Assembly: GCF_001194135.2 (NCBI RefSeq)
Contig: NC_068992.1
Location: forward strand, 32,059,238 to 32,095,553
Source of the DNA: Octopus bimaculoides
Lineage: Eukaryota
DNA: 36,316 nucleotides
Direction: 5' to 3'
The notes under the pieces were generated by a model, which was given only the letters and a program-made list of their open reading frames with translations, searched no databases and had not been told where the DNA came from. Positions 11,751-23,245 of the stretch are shown one piece after another (the first letter of the stretch is position 1; every line of letters starts with the position of its first letter). A program made the translations under genes and the position numbers.

Positions 11751-13200
11751 ATTTAGGTTACTGTGTTTATATCGCGTTAATGTGTCTGAAAAATTATGCG
11801 CTGCGTAAAGAAAAATATCGGCAGCCAGAGATACCCAAAACCTGATTAAATCAGTAGGAGAATTCCAATGGAAAATCAAGAACAACAAACTAAACAAATG
11901 CATATAAATGGAACTGCGTGGCCAACTCATGTAATAAAACGAGAATGCTGGAATTAGTGATCGTTGGCAAAGTTCAACGGACGGGAACTTGAAACGTGTC
12001 AGGAATGTTAATTATACCCGCTCACGAACGATCTTTTAGAACGAATCTAGTAAGATCGACAATGTTCAGTCATACTTCAAATATAGGTTGTGTAGGAAAG
12101 CAGACGAATTTATCAATCACCTTTCGAGTGAATGCAATATCTTAGCAGTAAAGGACTATATACGCAGCCGTGAATTTATAAGCTTCTACACAGGTGACAC
12201 CGTGGCATTCTACTCTCGATAGTAAAGTGCAACTCTTCCCCTCCCGCAAGGCGAATGAGGTCTGTGCCCTTGTGGATTGTGTCTGGTTTAATATGGAGTA
12301 GCATCATCTCTCCTCACTGGTCGCAGACCAATTATCATGATTGGTCGTTCTCACAGCCAGGAAGATGTTACCTCCCTTTGAAAATGGTACACGCTAAAAT
12401 TTACCATAAAGTTACCTCTTTACACGTCTTTATAATCACGGTTCTTCTTTCTAAATACAATTGATGCAGTATATATTTTTAGTTCCGACAGAGATCCGTA
12501 GAATGTTTGGCGGCCTGAACTTCTTTCTTGAAGCCCACTAAAATCCCTGTAACATGTTTGGCTCTCGAGATATTTTGAATGCGGCGCATTATCTCTTTCA
12601 ATGCACCTACCACTTTTACCTCGATATCCGACTTCAGCTACTTTGTGCTTATAAAACACATAAATTACATATTTTTTCTGTTTCTCTCAACAACTCGTGG
12701 CGGGGATGAAAATGTCCACCGGCGTTTTCTCCTGCCTTATCAGTTTCGCTGTTTAGGCCAGGCATATATCTTTATGTAGAATGTCCATCCTGTATAGCTC
12801 TCTGCGTTTCGCATTTGTTGCAGCAAATGTATTGGAATTGATGTTGATCTTGTATTTCTTATTGGAAATATTGTCGTTGAAGTTCTTTTAGTTTTTTTTT
12901 TCTTTTATCATAACTTTTGATCTTCCTATGGTGTTAGAGTTGGAGTAGGCGTCAAAAGTGCTCGTCTCTTTATTATTGTGAAAGTTGGTTGATGTACTTG
13001 GTATTGTCACGTGCTGTATTGTTGTCGTATTATTACTAGTCTAAGTGGTGCCAAATCATTCCTCTTTAAAAGGCATCAATTTCACTCCTAGATTCTTATA
13101 TTACAAATATCTGCATTTGTCATCAAATTTTCAACTGCATTAAATTGTATTTCAAATAGCGTTGTCATTTTGGGGGTCGAAACCGGGTACAAAGCACTCT

Positions 13201-13203
<3 letters not shown>

Positions 13204-13251
<48 letters not shown>
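13204..13251. repeat. (GA)n microsatellite
   Basis: Perfect GA run. Confidence 1.
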
Positions 13252-13255
<4 letters not shown>

Positions 13256-14099
13256 GCCTCGTTTAAAAATGAACTTTCTACTAAAAGACTTCTTTGCACA
13301 ATGCAGATTTATTTTTTGTTTTATGAAGTAAACATTTCTACGGACGTTTTCACTCCTTCACTATTTGAGCATACTTTTTGTTCATACTCGGAGCAGTGAG
13401 TTAGAATTTCATGATATTATTTATTATTGATTTAAATAGTATTTATTTATTAACGACTTAATGCCCAAGAATTACTTGTAAATATTAATGTCAGTGTGTG
13501 TAAGCATCTTAATTTTATTCTATCTACCTATGTAGGTGAATTATATATGACAACAGGTAAAAATGAACAGCAACAGATAATACTTCATTCAGAATGTACA
13601 TCAATGACTATCATAATCACACTAGCAAGTCATTCTCCAAATCCATTGGCGTTGGATAGTTATATTTAACGCTTGTGATACAATTCCCTAGATCTATGAT
13701 ACAAATTCCTTTTATTTGGGAGATCCAAATTAAAATCTCCCAATTCATGTCAAATAATGTTTGAAATACCAGCTTAATAATGGCAAACGTATTCTAATAA
13801 ATGCTTCATTATTTTCAAAATTAATCGACATGAAATATAACAAAAGGATTAATATTGACAAATCGCATTTTGTTAACATTTAGTTTAGAGCACAGTTAAG
13901 AGATATTTGTAGAGAAAGCACGACAGTTGTTTAAGTGTTAATTTTATGACAAATTACAGGTTAGTTATGATATCAAATTCTGAGACAACTAAAACAAAAG
14001 AAAAGTAAAACGAAAATGAGCAGTCTATACGGAAATGAATAATTTTAATTATACTGTGATATACGTGTTTTGATCAACACTTATCCAGACTGTTGCCAT

Positions 14100-14310
14100 A
14101 GTTACGAAAATTGACTTTAAACTCTGTTCTGCATGCACATTAAGTTTTAACGTTCTGGCTTACATCCGATGTTTTACAGCAGTGCTTAGCAGGTTACGTG
14201 CGTAGCGTGTGACCGTCGCATTGATCATGTCTGAGAGAGTTGAGCAGAGAATTTGCATCAAATTTTGCCAAAAGCTTGGCGACACCTGCTCAGAAGCCTT
14301 TGAAAAGTTT
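14100..14310 (+). mobile_element. mariner transposon 5' fragment
   Basis: ATG 14227 gives MSERVEQRICIKFCQKLGDTCSEAFEK, matching the mariner transposase N-terminal EQR.CIKFC.K.G....E motif. Similarity is lost after ~14310. Confidence 0.75.
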
Positions 14311-15285
14311 TCAAAAAGTTTTCATCGTTCTCGACACGATCAAGGTGATGTTGTGCAACTGAAAGCCGAGTCTCTTTTTGTCTGTGCCAAAACTGCTTTC
14401 AAAAGTTCCGTGAGTTCGCCACGATTTTTGTAAATAAGACAATAAGTCAATGGGAACTAATCTTAGAATTCACCTTTTGAGAGGTTATCTCCCTTGGAGT
14501 TGACTTTTGGAAAAACAGTAATTTTGGATGGTAATTTTTTTGGCATTATCTTATATTACATTCTGGCTCTATGTGATGTTCGTATATTTGTGTGCTGCGG
14601 TAGTTCGTCATGGGGACATATTTCATCTGGGTTTGGAGTTGATATGTTGTATATATTCAATTTTCACGTTCAAGGAAAGAAGCTATCCATTTGGTGACGG
14701 TTCATCTTTCAAGTGTCTAAGTTTGAAATATTGCTTGTGTAGGCAGGGAGAAAACATCTCATCCCCATGATTTAGAATGTTTAACTTTGACTGTATAATA
14801 TTCAGTTTGGAGTGATACAGATTTCACATTTGGTACAACTTCCTCTAAATTCTCTTTGCAATGATGTACCGTTTTATTTGGAGTTATATATTCTTTCTCC
14901 TACGTTCAACGTCAATATCATATTGGATAGGGATGTTGTATGACTTTTATTCTTCTCTGTGAATGACGCCGTGAATGACTCCTTGAACGAGTTTCCCGTC
15001 ATTCCGATATACGTTTTTGTTACTCCGTTGGGATCTGTAATTTTCGCGTTGTATGTAAATTATTTTTCCAGACAGTTGTTATTTAGAGGGTAGCGATTCC
15101 GAGATCTACAGTTATATCGGCGATATTTCTAGTGTGTTTATTTTTATTGTCGTTCTGTATTATTAACCTTATATTGGGGAGGCAACTATAGTTAACTTTA
15201 ACCGTGTTCGTGTTGAAGATCTTGTGGTATTTGTCTGAACGAAGGAAGCGATTGTCCATTAATTTTAAGAATTTCCTAGCTTATA

Positions 15286-15658
15286 GGCGCAGGTGTGGCT
15301 GTGTGGTAGGTAGCTTGCTTACCAACCACATGCTTTCGGGTTCAGTCCCACTGCGTGGCACCTTGGGCAAATGTCTTCTACTATAGCCTCGGGCCGACCA
15401 AAGCCTTGTGAGTGGATTTGGTTGACGGAAACTGAAAGAAGCCCGTCGTATATATATGTATATATATATATATATGTATGTGTGTGTATATGTTTGTGTC
15501 TGTGTCCCCCCAACATCGCTTGACAACCGATGCTGGTGTGTTTACGTCCCCGTAACTTAGCAGTTCGGCTAAAGAGACCGATAGAATAAGTACTAGGCTT
15601 ACAAAGAATAAGTCCTGGGGTCGATTAACTCGACTAAAGGTGGTGCTCCAGCATGGCC
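15286..15658 (+). mobile_element. tRNA-derived SINE of the Octopus type (tRNA head, CORE-like segment, internal TA/TG microsatellite, 3' domain), truncated by gap
   Basis: GGCGCAGG start, A box TGGCTGTGTGG (15296-15306), B box GGTTCAGTCCC (15339-15349) and CCTTGGGCAA (CORE-like). The body resembles the abundant octopus SINE as I recall it. Confidence 0.85.
15296..15349 (+). promoter_or_regulatory. RNA polymerase III internal promoter (A and B boxes) of the SINE
   Basis: Box A and box B-like motifs at tRNA-like spacing. Confidence 0.7.
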
Positions 15659-16343
15659 NNNNNNNNNNNNNNNNNNNNNNNNNNNNNNNNNNNNNNNNNN
15701 NNNNNNNNNNNNNNNNNNNNNNNNNNNNNNNNNNNNNNNNNNNNNNNNNNNNNNNNNNNNNNNNNNNNNNNNNNNNNNNNNNNNNNNNNNNNNNNNNNNN
15801 NNNNNNNNNNNNNNNNNNNNNNNNNNNNNNNNNNNNNNNNNNNNNNNNNNNNNNNNNNNNNNNNNNNNNNNNNNNNNNNNNNNNNNNNNNNNNNNNNNNN
15901 NNNNNNNNNNNNNNNNNNNNNNNNNNNNNNNNNNNNNNNNNNNNNNNNNNNNNNNNNNNNNNNNNNNNNNNNNNNNNNNNNNNNNNNNNNNNNNNNNNNN
16001 NNNNNNNNNNNNNNNNNNNNNNNNNNNNNNNNNNNNNNNNNNNNNNNNNNNNNNNNNNNNNNNNNNNNNNNNNNNNNNNNNNNNNNNNNNNNNNNNNNNN
16101 NNNNNNNNNNNNNNNNNNNNNNNNNNNNNNNNNNNNNNNNNNNNNNNNNNNNNNNNNNNNNNNNNNNNNNNNNNNNNNNNNNNNNNNNNNNNNNNNNNNN
16201 NNNNNNNNNNNNNNNNNNNNNNNNNNNNNNNNNNNNNNNNNNNNNNNNNNNNNNNNNNNNNNNNNNNNNNNNNNNNNNNNNNNNNNNNNNNNNNNNNNNN
16301 NNNNNNNNNNNNNNNNNNNNNNNNNNNNNNNNNNNNNNNNNNN
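15659..16343. other. Assembly gap (N-run)
   Basis: Run of N. Confidence 1.
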
Positions 16344-16972
16344 TATATATATATATATCTGTAAGTGCATCTATATATTCAACAACGTAATGGACCTAAT
16401 ACTAAGAGGTAAACACCTTTCATCAACGAACATTTATTCCAGAATTCTGTTGATCCCAGTGGCGAATTCCTACGAAATGGTGAAACGAATGTTTGTTGAT
16501 GAACTAGCTACGTCCATGTTTCTAATGTGTTGTCAATTTTGTGACATTTTATATATTATAATTATTTCGGAATTAGAATCACTCTCACTTGACGTTTTCA
16601 TTTCATTTGACTATTTTGCTTCCCTATGCATTGTGGCTACTTTACTTCTTTCTGTTAAGATACACAATGCTCTCAAGGTGTATAATTCTGGTATCTGGCA
16701 TTTACAAGTTAAACCTTACACTATAGTACACAACTCACTCACAGTATTTTTGAAAATATGTTTTGTTCGTTTCGCCCGCTGAGAGCTCGTATTTGTTTCA
16801 AGGTGAATTGTGTATGTTTCTCGCTAAATCATCCATGTCTTTCAACATGTACGGAAATAGCCGAAGATATCCATCCCATATGCATATGTAAATTTCCGCC
16901 AGGCAGAAGCTTGTTGAAATCTGATAAGGAAGCTTAGCTTTCTTTCACTCTTGTATATATATATAAGGTAAA

Positions 16973-16973
<1 letters not shown>

Positions 16974-17015
<42 letters not shown>

Positions 17016-17550
17016 NNNNNNNNNNNNNNNNNNNNNNNNNNNNNNNNNNNNNNNNNNNNNNNNNNNNNNNNNNNNNNNNNNNNNNNNNNNNNNNNNNNNN
17101 NNNNNNNNNNNNNNNNNNNNNNNNNNNNNNNNNNNNNNNNNNNNNNNNNNNNNNNNNNNNNNNNNNNNNNNNNNNNNNNNNNNNNNNNNNNNNNNNNNNN
17201 NNNNNNNNNNNNNNNNNNNNNNNNNNNNNNNNNNNNNNNNNNNNNNNNNNNNNNNNNNNNNNNNNNNNNNNNNNNNNNNNNNNNNNNNNNNNNNNNNNNN
17301 NNNNNNNNNNNNNNNNNNNNNNNNNNNNNNNNNNNNNNNNNNNNNNNNNNNNNNNNNNNNNNNNNNNNNNNNNNNNNNNNNNNNNNNNNNNNNNNNNNNN
17401 NNNNNNNNNNNNNNNNNNNNNNNNNNNNNNNNNNNNNNNNNNNNNNNNNNNNNNNNNNNNNNNNNNNNNNNNNNNNNNNNNNNNNNNNNNNNNNNNNNNN
17501 NNNNNNNNNNNNNNNNNNNNNNNNNNNNNNNNNNNNNNNNNNNNNNNNNN
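16974..17550. other. (TA)n microsatellite followed by assembly gap 17016-17550
   Basis: Directly visible. Confidence 1.
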
Positions 17551-17870
17551 AAAAAGCTATCAGGAAGCTCCTAAAATGTACACACGTCCCGGAATTCTTC
17601 GTTCTCGAGGTAAGTATACTCGCTGGTTCGGGCGAGTCTTTTCGGATTCTCCGCGTTCATCTATTCATAACTCGCAACGATTCGTCCGTTGAGGTAGGGA
17701 CCTGGAATCTCAAGAATTTTCCATGAGATCAAGAATGGGATCCCATCGTCTCATAGTTGCCCGATGTGGGTGGCCAGCGATGTTACGTATCTACTTTCCG
17801 GAACTATGAAGGGGGGCATACGGTTGGAGAAACGTTTCTTTGGGATATTTCGCGGAACATCCAATGATGC
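17551..17870 (-). pseudogene. PLE GIY-YIG endonuclease C-terminal half (PLE-D)
   Basis: Frameshifted translation IIGCSA / KKRFSN..SRYVTSLATHIGQL*DDGIPFLISWKILEIPGPYLNG / LTSRTKNSGTCVHFRSFL matches the YIG..FK.R..NH..TSLS.HIW.LK...I.W.IL..PY..LN.R.E..C.H consensus. Confidence 0.75.
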
Positions 17871-18390
17871 CTGTTGTCGGTTCTATGATTGTTGTTGTTG
17901 CTGTTGCTACTGTTGTTGTTGTTACTGCTGCTACTGCCGACATTGTTGTTGTTGAAGTTGGGACTGTTGGTGTTGGCGTCAATGGAGGTGGTGGTGGCGT
18001 CAGTAAAGTTATTGTCACTGCCGGTTATCGTGACGGCAATGTTGTTGTTATTATTGCGGTTCGTAGCAGTGGTAAGGGAGTTGTCACTGCTGCTAGAGGT
18101 TTCAATAGCTGTGCTTCGACTCGTGTTTCTGCTAGAGCCGCTGTCGCTGCTGCTACTGCTGTTATTGGACGTGCTGCTGCTATAGGTGTTGTCAGGTCTG
18201 CTACTGTGGACGTTCGTGAAGCTACTGGTACGGCTGGCTGTGATGGCGATACTGCAGTTGTTGTTAGTGTTGCTGCCGTCGAGGGACTTCCAATACTGTT
18301 GTTGGTGCTGTTATTGCTTATGTTGCTCATGCTGTCATCTGCAGTGATGGTAGCCGTGCTGTTGGCACTATTCAGACATTGAATTAACAA
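17870..18390. repeat. Degenerate (GTT/GCT/GGT) trinucleotide mosaic, low complexity
   Basis: Cryptic trinucleotide periodicity yields long Val/Ala-, Thr/Ala- or Ser/Asn-rich frames on both strands. Confidence 0.85.
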
Positions 18391-18439
18391 GTCCTGGACT
18401 TACCCAACTTACTTATTCAGTTTACTTTCGTCTAACTAC

Positions 18440-18760
18440 ATTCCGACCGCATATAGTACACACAATATTTAATAATCCGAGGTCTCTAGACTTATTTATA
18501 GAGAAATTATCTAAATAATTTAGTCACTGACTCTAAAATTTCGAGTAACACTACCATACACATAGGCCATATTAGCTAACACTAATAACTTCAATAATGT
18601 TTATAACAATATTATACAAGTATTCATTAGTTGATCAGAACTTAAACTCTTTTAACTCCATATAACACTTCCTGAACAATTAAAATATGAGTATAGTAGA
18701 AGGTGCCCAACGACATATAATTTACGCAATTAGATAGACTTGAATTTTCTCCAATCATAG
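18440..18760 (+). pseudogene. Possible heavily decayed PLE GIY-YIG remnant
   Basis: Fragments HTIFNN, VFIS.SELKL..NSH, KYEYS..HI.NLRN.ID loosely follow PLE endonuclease order; many disruptions. Confidence 0.2.
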
Positions 18761-19399
18761 TATTTTTCCAATCACTATATTATTTCTATTATATTATTGC
18801 TATTAATATAATTTTTCTTCATATTTTAATGTTACCTTCAATCTTAATTTTCCTTCCATTTTATTCAATTTTATTTTTTACATTTCCAATTTACTTTTTA
18901 CCCCCTTCTATTATTATTTATCTTTTTGTGTATCTTGACATGTATCCTTGATGTACTTCCAAATATATTTGATGGGTGGTGATATTTTGATATGTTACAC
19001 CTTTATGATATCACCGGTTTATTCTGTTAGTATTTTTACTACTTTTAATGCCCCTTCATTATTATATTATTTTTAAATATTGTAAAACTATATTTTTTTT
19101 TTAATGATTCTTATTAAAAAAAAAATTCTTATAAGACTCTATTCCTATAGAACCATATGTCTCTATATCAATTATTTCACTTATTGTTAATTTGCTGCTC
19201 CCTTTTATCACTTTTATCACTTATATTTATTTCATTTCCCTTTGTTGATCACCACTCATTTCAACATGTTGTCATTTGATAACAGGTATATTAAGTTTGT
19301 GATAGACAGATATTAAAAACTTTTAAAAGTTATTTTTTTCAAATATATGTAACTCAATCTATTTTTAAAGGTATGTAACTCAATCTATCGAGTATAGTA

Positions 19400-19740
19400 T
19401 ATTAAATATAACTGTTACGTACTCAAAATCAAGATATACGCTTATAAGCTGTATTGTACGTGTGTATACATAAATGGACGTGCGTGCATGTATGCTGATA
19501 CTATGCATGGAGATATAACTATATCTGGACGTATGCTTAAGGATATGTGGATATGTGAGTGTATGTATATGGTTACTAGGGTGCAACTCTAGATATGTGT
19601 GGAGATGTATGTGTATATTCATGTATTTAGAATTGTGTATACGCTCGAGCATGTTAGCGGGTGATCTATATGAGTGCGTGTGTACACACACACATACATA
19701 TACTATGACTTCTAAGTATGTGCATGTACCCATGTAATAG
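19400..19740. repeat. Degenerate TA/TG-rich simple-repeat region
   Basis: Alternating purine-pyrimidine decayed microsatellite. Confidence 0.7.
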
Positions 19741-20696
19741 ATAAGTTTATAAAGGTAAGAATATTTAGTGGTGTGTTTGGGTAAACTGACCACTCATCAC
19801 AATATCAAATTACAACCTTAATCTATATTTCAACGAGTGGTCTAGCTAAGAAATTATTTATCACTACTACAATCTCATCCAAGGCAACATCCTGTTCTCA
19901 ACTCTATAGTATGTTATCTCTTTATCTCTTATTCTGCTTTATGTTTTTTTTTTCTTATTTCTTTTGTTACATTCTTCCAATTTTGCTAAATGTTATTTAT
20001 ATATGTATCTAACCTTATTATCCTTATGTTTACTGTTATTACTCTCGGTTTGGCTTCTATTACTTTTATATTTTATTTTTTACTTTAATTTTACCTTTAA
20101 TCTTCCCTTTCTATCTTATACACGCTAGTTAAATATAAACTCAATCCAATCTATTTAACATTCACTCTATGCTGAATTGTAGTACATTATGGGCAGATTT
20201 TTGAAATCGAATGAACATTTATGCAGATATGCTTTTTAAAGGGATGTGATAAACCCATTATAATGGGTAATACTAAGTGTACGTTTTCTTTTTCCTTTTT
20301 CTTTTTCTTTTGGTATGTAATCTTTGGACTAGCAATATTGAACCATCTTTAAAGCATATTTTATATCAACAATATCGCTATACTGATGTAATGACAGATT
20401 GTTTATAAAGCTTGAAATACGTGTACCGCAATATCCTTTGTGTTTTGTTTTTCAATTTATGTTTGATATATTCTTTCACCTCTGCCACTATCTGGCATAT
20501 ACAGGTGCTTACACGTATCAAGTATTTATAATTCTTTTGTATTTCAAAATTAAAAATTAAGATTTAGAAAGTAGACATTAAGTGCAGTATCCTAGCCTTG
20601 CTTCAGAGTAAGTCCCAGGTGGTGTGGCTGCTGAGCACGTCCAGCACCTATGGCTATCAGGTATCATCAGTGGTACTGCATTCGTGGATGGATCTA

Positions 20697-21534
20697 GGTC
20701 CGAGATGCGATTTTTTTTTCCCATGAGATTCCCGGTTCCTAGTAAAGTATTCATTTGCGTACAGCCAATCAGAGCTCACCTTCACCTTGTCAAGTTAACA
20801 AATGTTGGCATTCAAAATACCAACCTTCGAGTGCCAGCGCATAATTTACAGCATACAAATGCTTATATTTCTTATATTATCTGTGAATTGTTCACAGGTA
20901 CAGCTAGTTATAATAAATAGATCTATAATTTACTACTGATAATATAATATTACTTAGGAAAAAAGCTTTGTACTCACATTTTCATGACTATTTTTTTCTA
21001 TTTTTGGTGGTTGGGGGATCCTTTCCGTTTGGTTGCCCGTGTCAAATTTTTCTTCGAATTGATTTCATATTTAGTGTAATGATACACTTTTATATGTTAA
21101 TTAATGAAGTAGAACTAATCTTCGCAATAAGTCTATAAATAATGAGCTATTAGTAATTAAAGTTTGAAAAGTTTGGTAATTTTAGTCAATCGTAAGCCAC
21201 AGGCACATTCATGTTTTTATCTTTTAAATTAACAGAAACATTTATTTGCATGAAAGAAAATTTCCGGAGAAATTCGTGCTAAAAATAACAGTTAAATAAG
21301 ATTTATTTACTTGCAAGAAAATTAGCGGAGACATAACACGTATTGTCTACAAATATTGACATGTGCTAGACAGAGAAGATGCTGTCTGACAGTAGAGAGG
21401 GAAAGAATAAGGAATGCATGGTGCTGACTAGAAAGGAAGAAAGGATAAATGTGGCTCTGCTCTGATTGGCTGTACGGAAATGAGTTCATTACTGGAATCC
21501 GGAACTCTCGTGGGAAAAATATTTCACGTCCGGG
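20697..21534. mobile_element. Foldback/MITE-like element with ~80-bp imperfect inverted arms
   Basis: 20697-20775 (..CATTTGCGTACAGCCAATCAGAGC) is reverse-complementary to 21459-21534 (GCTCTGATTGGCTGTACGGAAATG..), about 75% by eye. No TSD resolved. Confidence 0.55.
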
Positions 21535-21569
21535 ATTCTGAAGTGCGTGTAGGCTATATTTTAAATGAT

Positions 21570-21978
21570 TAATGCGGAAGACGGAGTGTAACTAGACGCA
21601 TTTATTAACACAACAATCGCTTCAGCTTCATTCTGCACTGCTCCCTAATGGGTGTGGAATCATGTAGCAACACCAAGTGCAAAAGCTCGTCAATGATGTA
21701 AGACGATTCACAAATTTTCAGTTTTATATTTCATTTTCGCTTCAAGTATTATATTGACGGTGTGATTCTAGCAGTTCAGAACCACTTGGTAAAGTGATGA
21801 AGATGTGGCCAGGAAGAAAATCAACGCACCTTACCTCACCTGGTGAGGCTGTTTTGAACCATGCGTTGTGTCTGACTTTGTTACACGGTTCCGCACCCAC
21901 TATGGAGCAGTGCACAATGAAGCTGAAACGATCGTTGTGCTAATAAATGCTACTAGTTACACTCCGTTATCCGTATTA
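21570..21978. mobile_element. MITE-like element (~410 bp) with ~100-bp terminal inverted repeats
   Basis: 21570-21670 (taatgcggaagacggagtgtaactagacgcatttattaacacaacaatcgcttcagcttcattctgcactgctcc..) is reverse-complementary to 21874-21978, about 85% by eye. The interior is non-coding. Confidence 0.75.
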
Positions 21979-22008
21979 GTATTTTACTATGTATATATAT
22001 ATATATAT

Positions 22009-22192
22009 NNNNNNNNNNNNNNNNNNNNNNNNNNNNNNNNNNNNNNNNNNNNNNNNNNNNNNNNNNNNNNNNNNNNNNNNNNNNNNNNNNNNNNNNNNNN
22101 NNNNNNNNNNNNNNNNNNNNNNNNNNNNNNNNNNNNNNNNNNNNNNNNNNNNNNNNNNNNNNNNNNNNNNNNNNNNNNNNNNNNNNNNNNNN
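22009..22192. other. Assembly gap flanked by (TA)n
   Basis: Run of N. Confidence 1.
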
Positions 22193-22435
22193 ATATATTT
22201 CCATGGTTTCAAATTTGCATATTTAAAAAGGATAGAGATTTTCAACACGATCCATATTTATTCCATTTATTTAATTATTTACCATTTGATGTAAACATTT
22301 CTGTGCTCAACTCTATCCAACGACTGATCCGTTGGATGCCTGACGTTTGGCACTTCCTCAGGAATGGCTTCCATTAGAACAAATGACCAAAAACACAATT
22401 ATCGATCAGAACAGATTATTAAAAATTATTTAACT
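22193..22435 (-). repeat. Inverted copy of PLE pseudo-LTR (partner of 23178-23419)
   Basis: Reverse complement aligns with 23178-23419 at about 90% by eye. Confidence 0.9.
22312..22368 (-). ncRNA. Degenerate type I hammerhead-ribozyme-like motif (copy 2)
   Basis: Minus strand reads ccattc CTGAGGA a gtgcc aaacgtca ggcat c CAAC ggatcagtcgtt ggatag. The GAAA core is mutated. Confidence 0.4.
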
Positions 22436-22649
22436 GAACACTACTTTCCGCCACGCTGTCTTGATTTATTTTGATTATGATATACAGGGGAGGTAGCTCC
22501 TTAATCTTTTCTATTGTTACCGCTCTCCTGTAAATGTCTACTAGATTAATTTATTTTATTTAATAATTTATTAATTTATTTGTTAATTTAATTATTAATT
22601 TATTTATTATCCCCGATAGGTAGATTATCTTTGTTGCCCCTGGGAGTCT

Positions 22650-23140
22650 ATCATTGCTATTATTTTATTTTACATTACTACTGTGTATCATTATTGTGTT
22701 AAGAGTATTTTACCCAGAAATCATTGCTCCTAGGAATCTTTTCAAGCTCCATCACTGATATATTCAATAACATTTCAATATATTATCATTATTTGCTATT
22801 ACCATTATATTCTATGGGTTTTATACTAAGATTTGAATCTCATCTCTTCTTACTAAAATCCCCAGTTTGTTATCTTATTCCCAGTTCCTATTTTAATTTA
22901 ATATCTACCCTTATCATGGTTGAGTCATGCGCTTATATTCTGTTTAGAGATCTAACAATTGGCCGTATTGTACTGCACTATATGACCCGTTCCACTTCTC
23001 TTATTTATATCCAATCTATACTGAGTTGTTCCTAGGTCTGGGTATCAAATTCCCAGCCGCCGCTTACATCTTTATTACAATTCTTTCTATATGGTCTGCT
23101 TCCATCCTTACTTTCCGTGCGCTCAGAAACTCTTCTCCTA
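22650..23140 (-). mobile_element. Probable decayed RLE-type (R4/Dong/NeSL-like) LINE C-terminal fragment
   Basis: Frameshifted pieces AAAGNLI (cf. AAQDQAL), GHIV..C..SK.EYKR.HD (CCHC knuckle, cf. ET..HI.S.C..LA..EYK.RHD), KITNWGF (cf. KILWDF) and P.NIMVI (cf. RPDIV) occur in the correct order. Confidence 0.4.
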
Positions 23141-23175
23141 CTATTATTATTGTTATTGTTGTTGTTGTTGTTGTT
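23140..23175. repeat. (ATT)n(GTT)n microsatellite
   Basis: Directly visible. Confidence 0.95.
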
Positions 23176-23245
23176 ATAGTTAAATAATTTTAATAACCTG
23201 TTCTGATCGATAATTGTGGTTTTTGGTCATTTGTTCCAATAGAAG

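Larger units (their letters stand above)
14690..16560 (-). mobile_element. PLE fragment (PLE-C): RT thumb, linker, GIY-YIG; interrupted by SINE and gap
   Basis: 16560-16350 gives ATGINRIL..DERC..YIDALTD (thumb). 15280-14690 gives FLKLMDNRF..KYHKIFNTNTVKVNYSCLPNI..CRSRNRYPLNNNCLEK..YNAKITDPNGVTKTYIGMTGNSFKE (YIG 15003-15011)..TSLSN..CTKCEIC..EMFSPCLHKQYFKL. Confidence 0.85.

Noticed and set aside
11591-11930. Poly-Ile/Arg/Gly and poly-Ser ORFs
   Set aside because: Pure translations of ATC/ATT/GAG repeats.
12450-13000. Minus-strand segment with EKICNLC and IG-like pieces as another PLE endonuclease
   Set aside because: Only one short Cys motif is convincing; order and spacing of the other motifs could not be established.
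14580-14630. Hammerhead-like CAGATGA..gtc/gac..GAAC on the minus strand downstream of PLE-C
   Set aside because: Position is suggestive, but the core has two defects and I could not form stem I or stem III.
15286-15360. tRNA gene
   Set aside because: It has A/B boxes but no proper cloverleaf/acceptor stem and continues into a SINE body.
17840-18382. 180-aa Val/Ala-rich plus-strand ORF as a host membrane protein
   Set aside because: It is the antisense reading of a trinucleotide mosaic; no domain or splice context, and its start overlaps a minus-strand PLE remnant.
18970-19020. TTGATGG + GGTGATA/TATCACC stem as hammerhead
   Set aside because: No GAAA after the stem and the core is mismatched.
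19345-19389. 17-bp direct repeat TATGTAACTCAATCTAT
   Set aside because: Local tandem duplication with a ~10-bp spacer; too close to be a TSD and not an array.
19780-19930. LAKKLFIT..SKATS..SQLYS as a PLE C-terminus
   Set aside because: Resemblance is too weak and lacks the conserved Cys/His.
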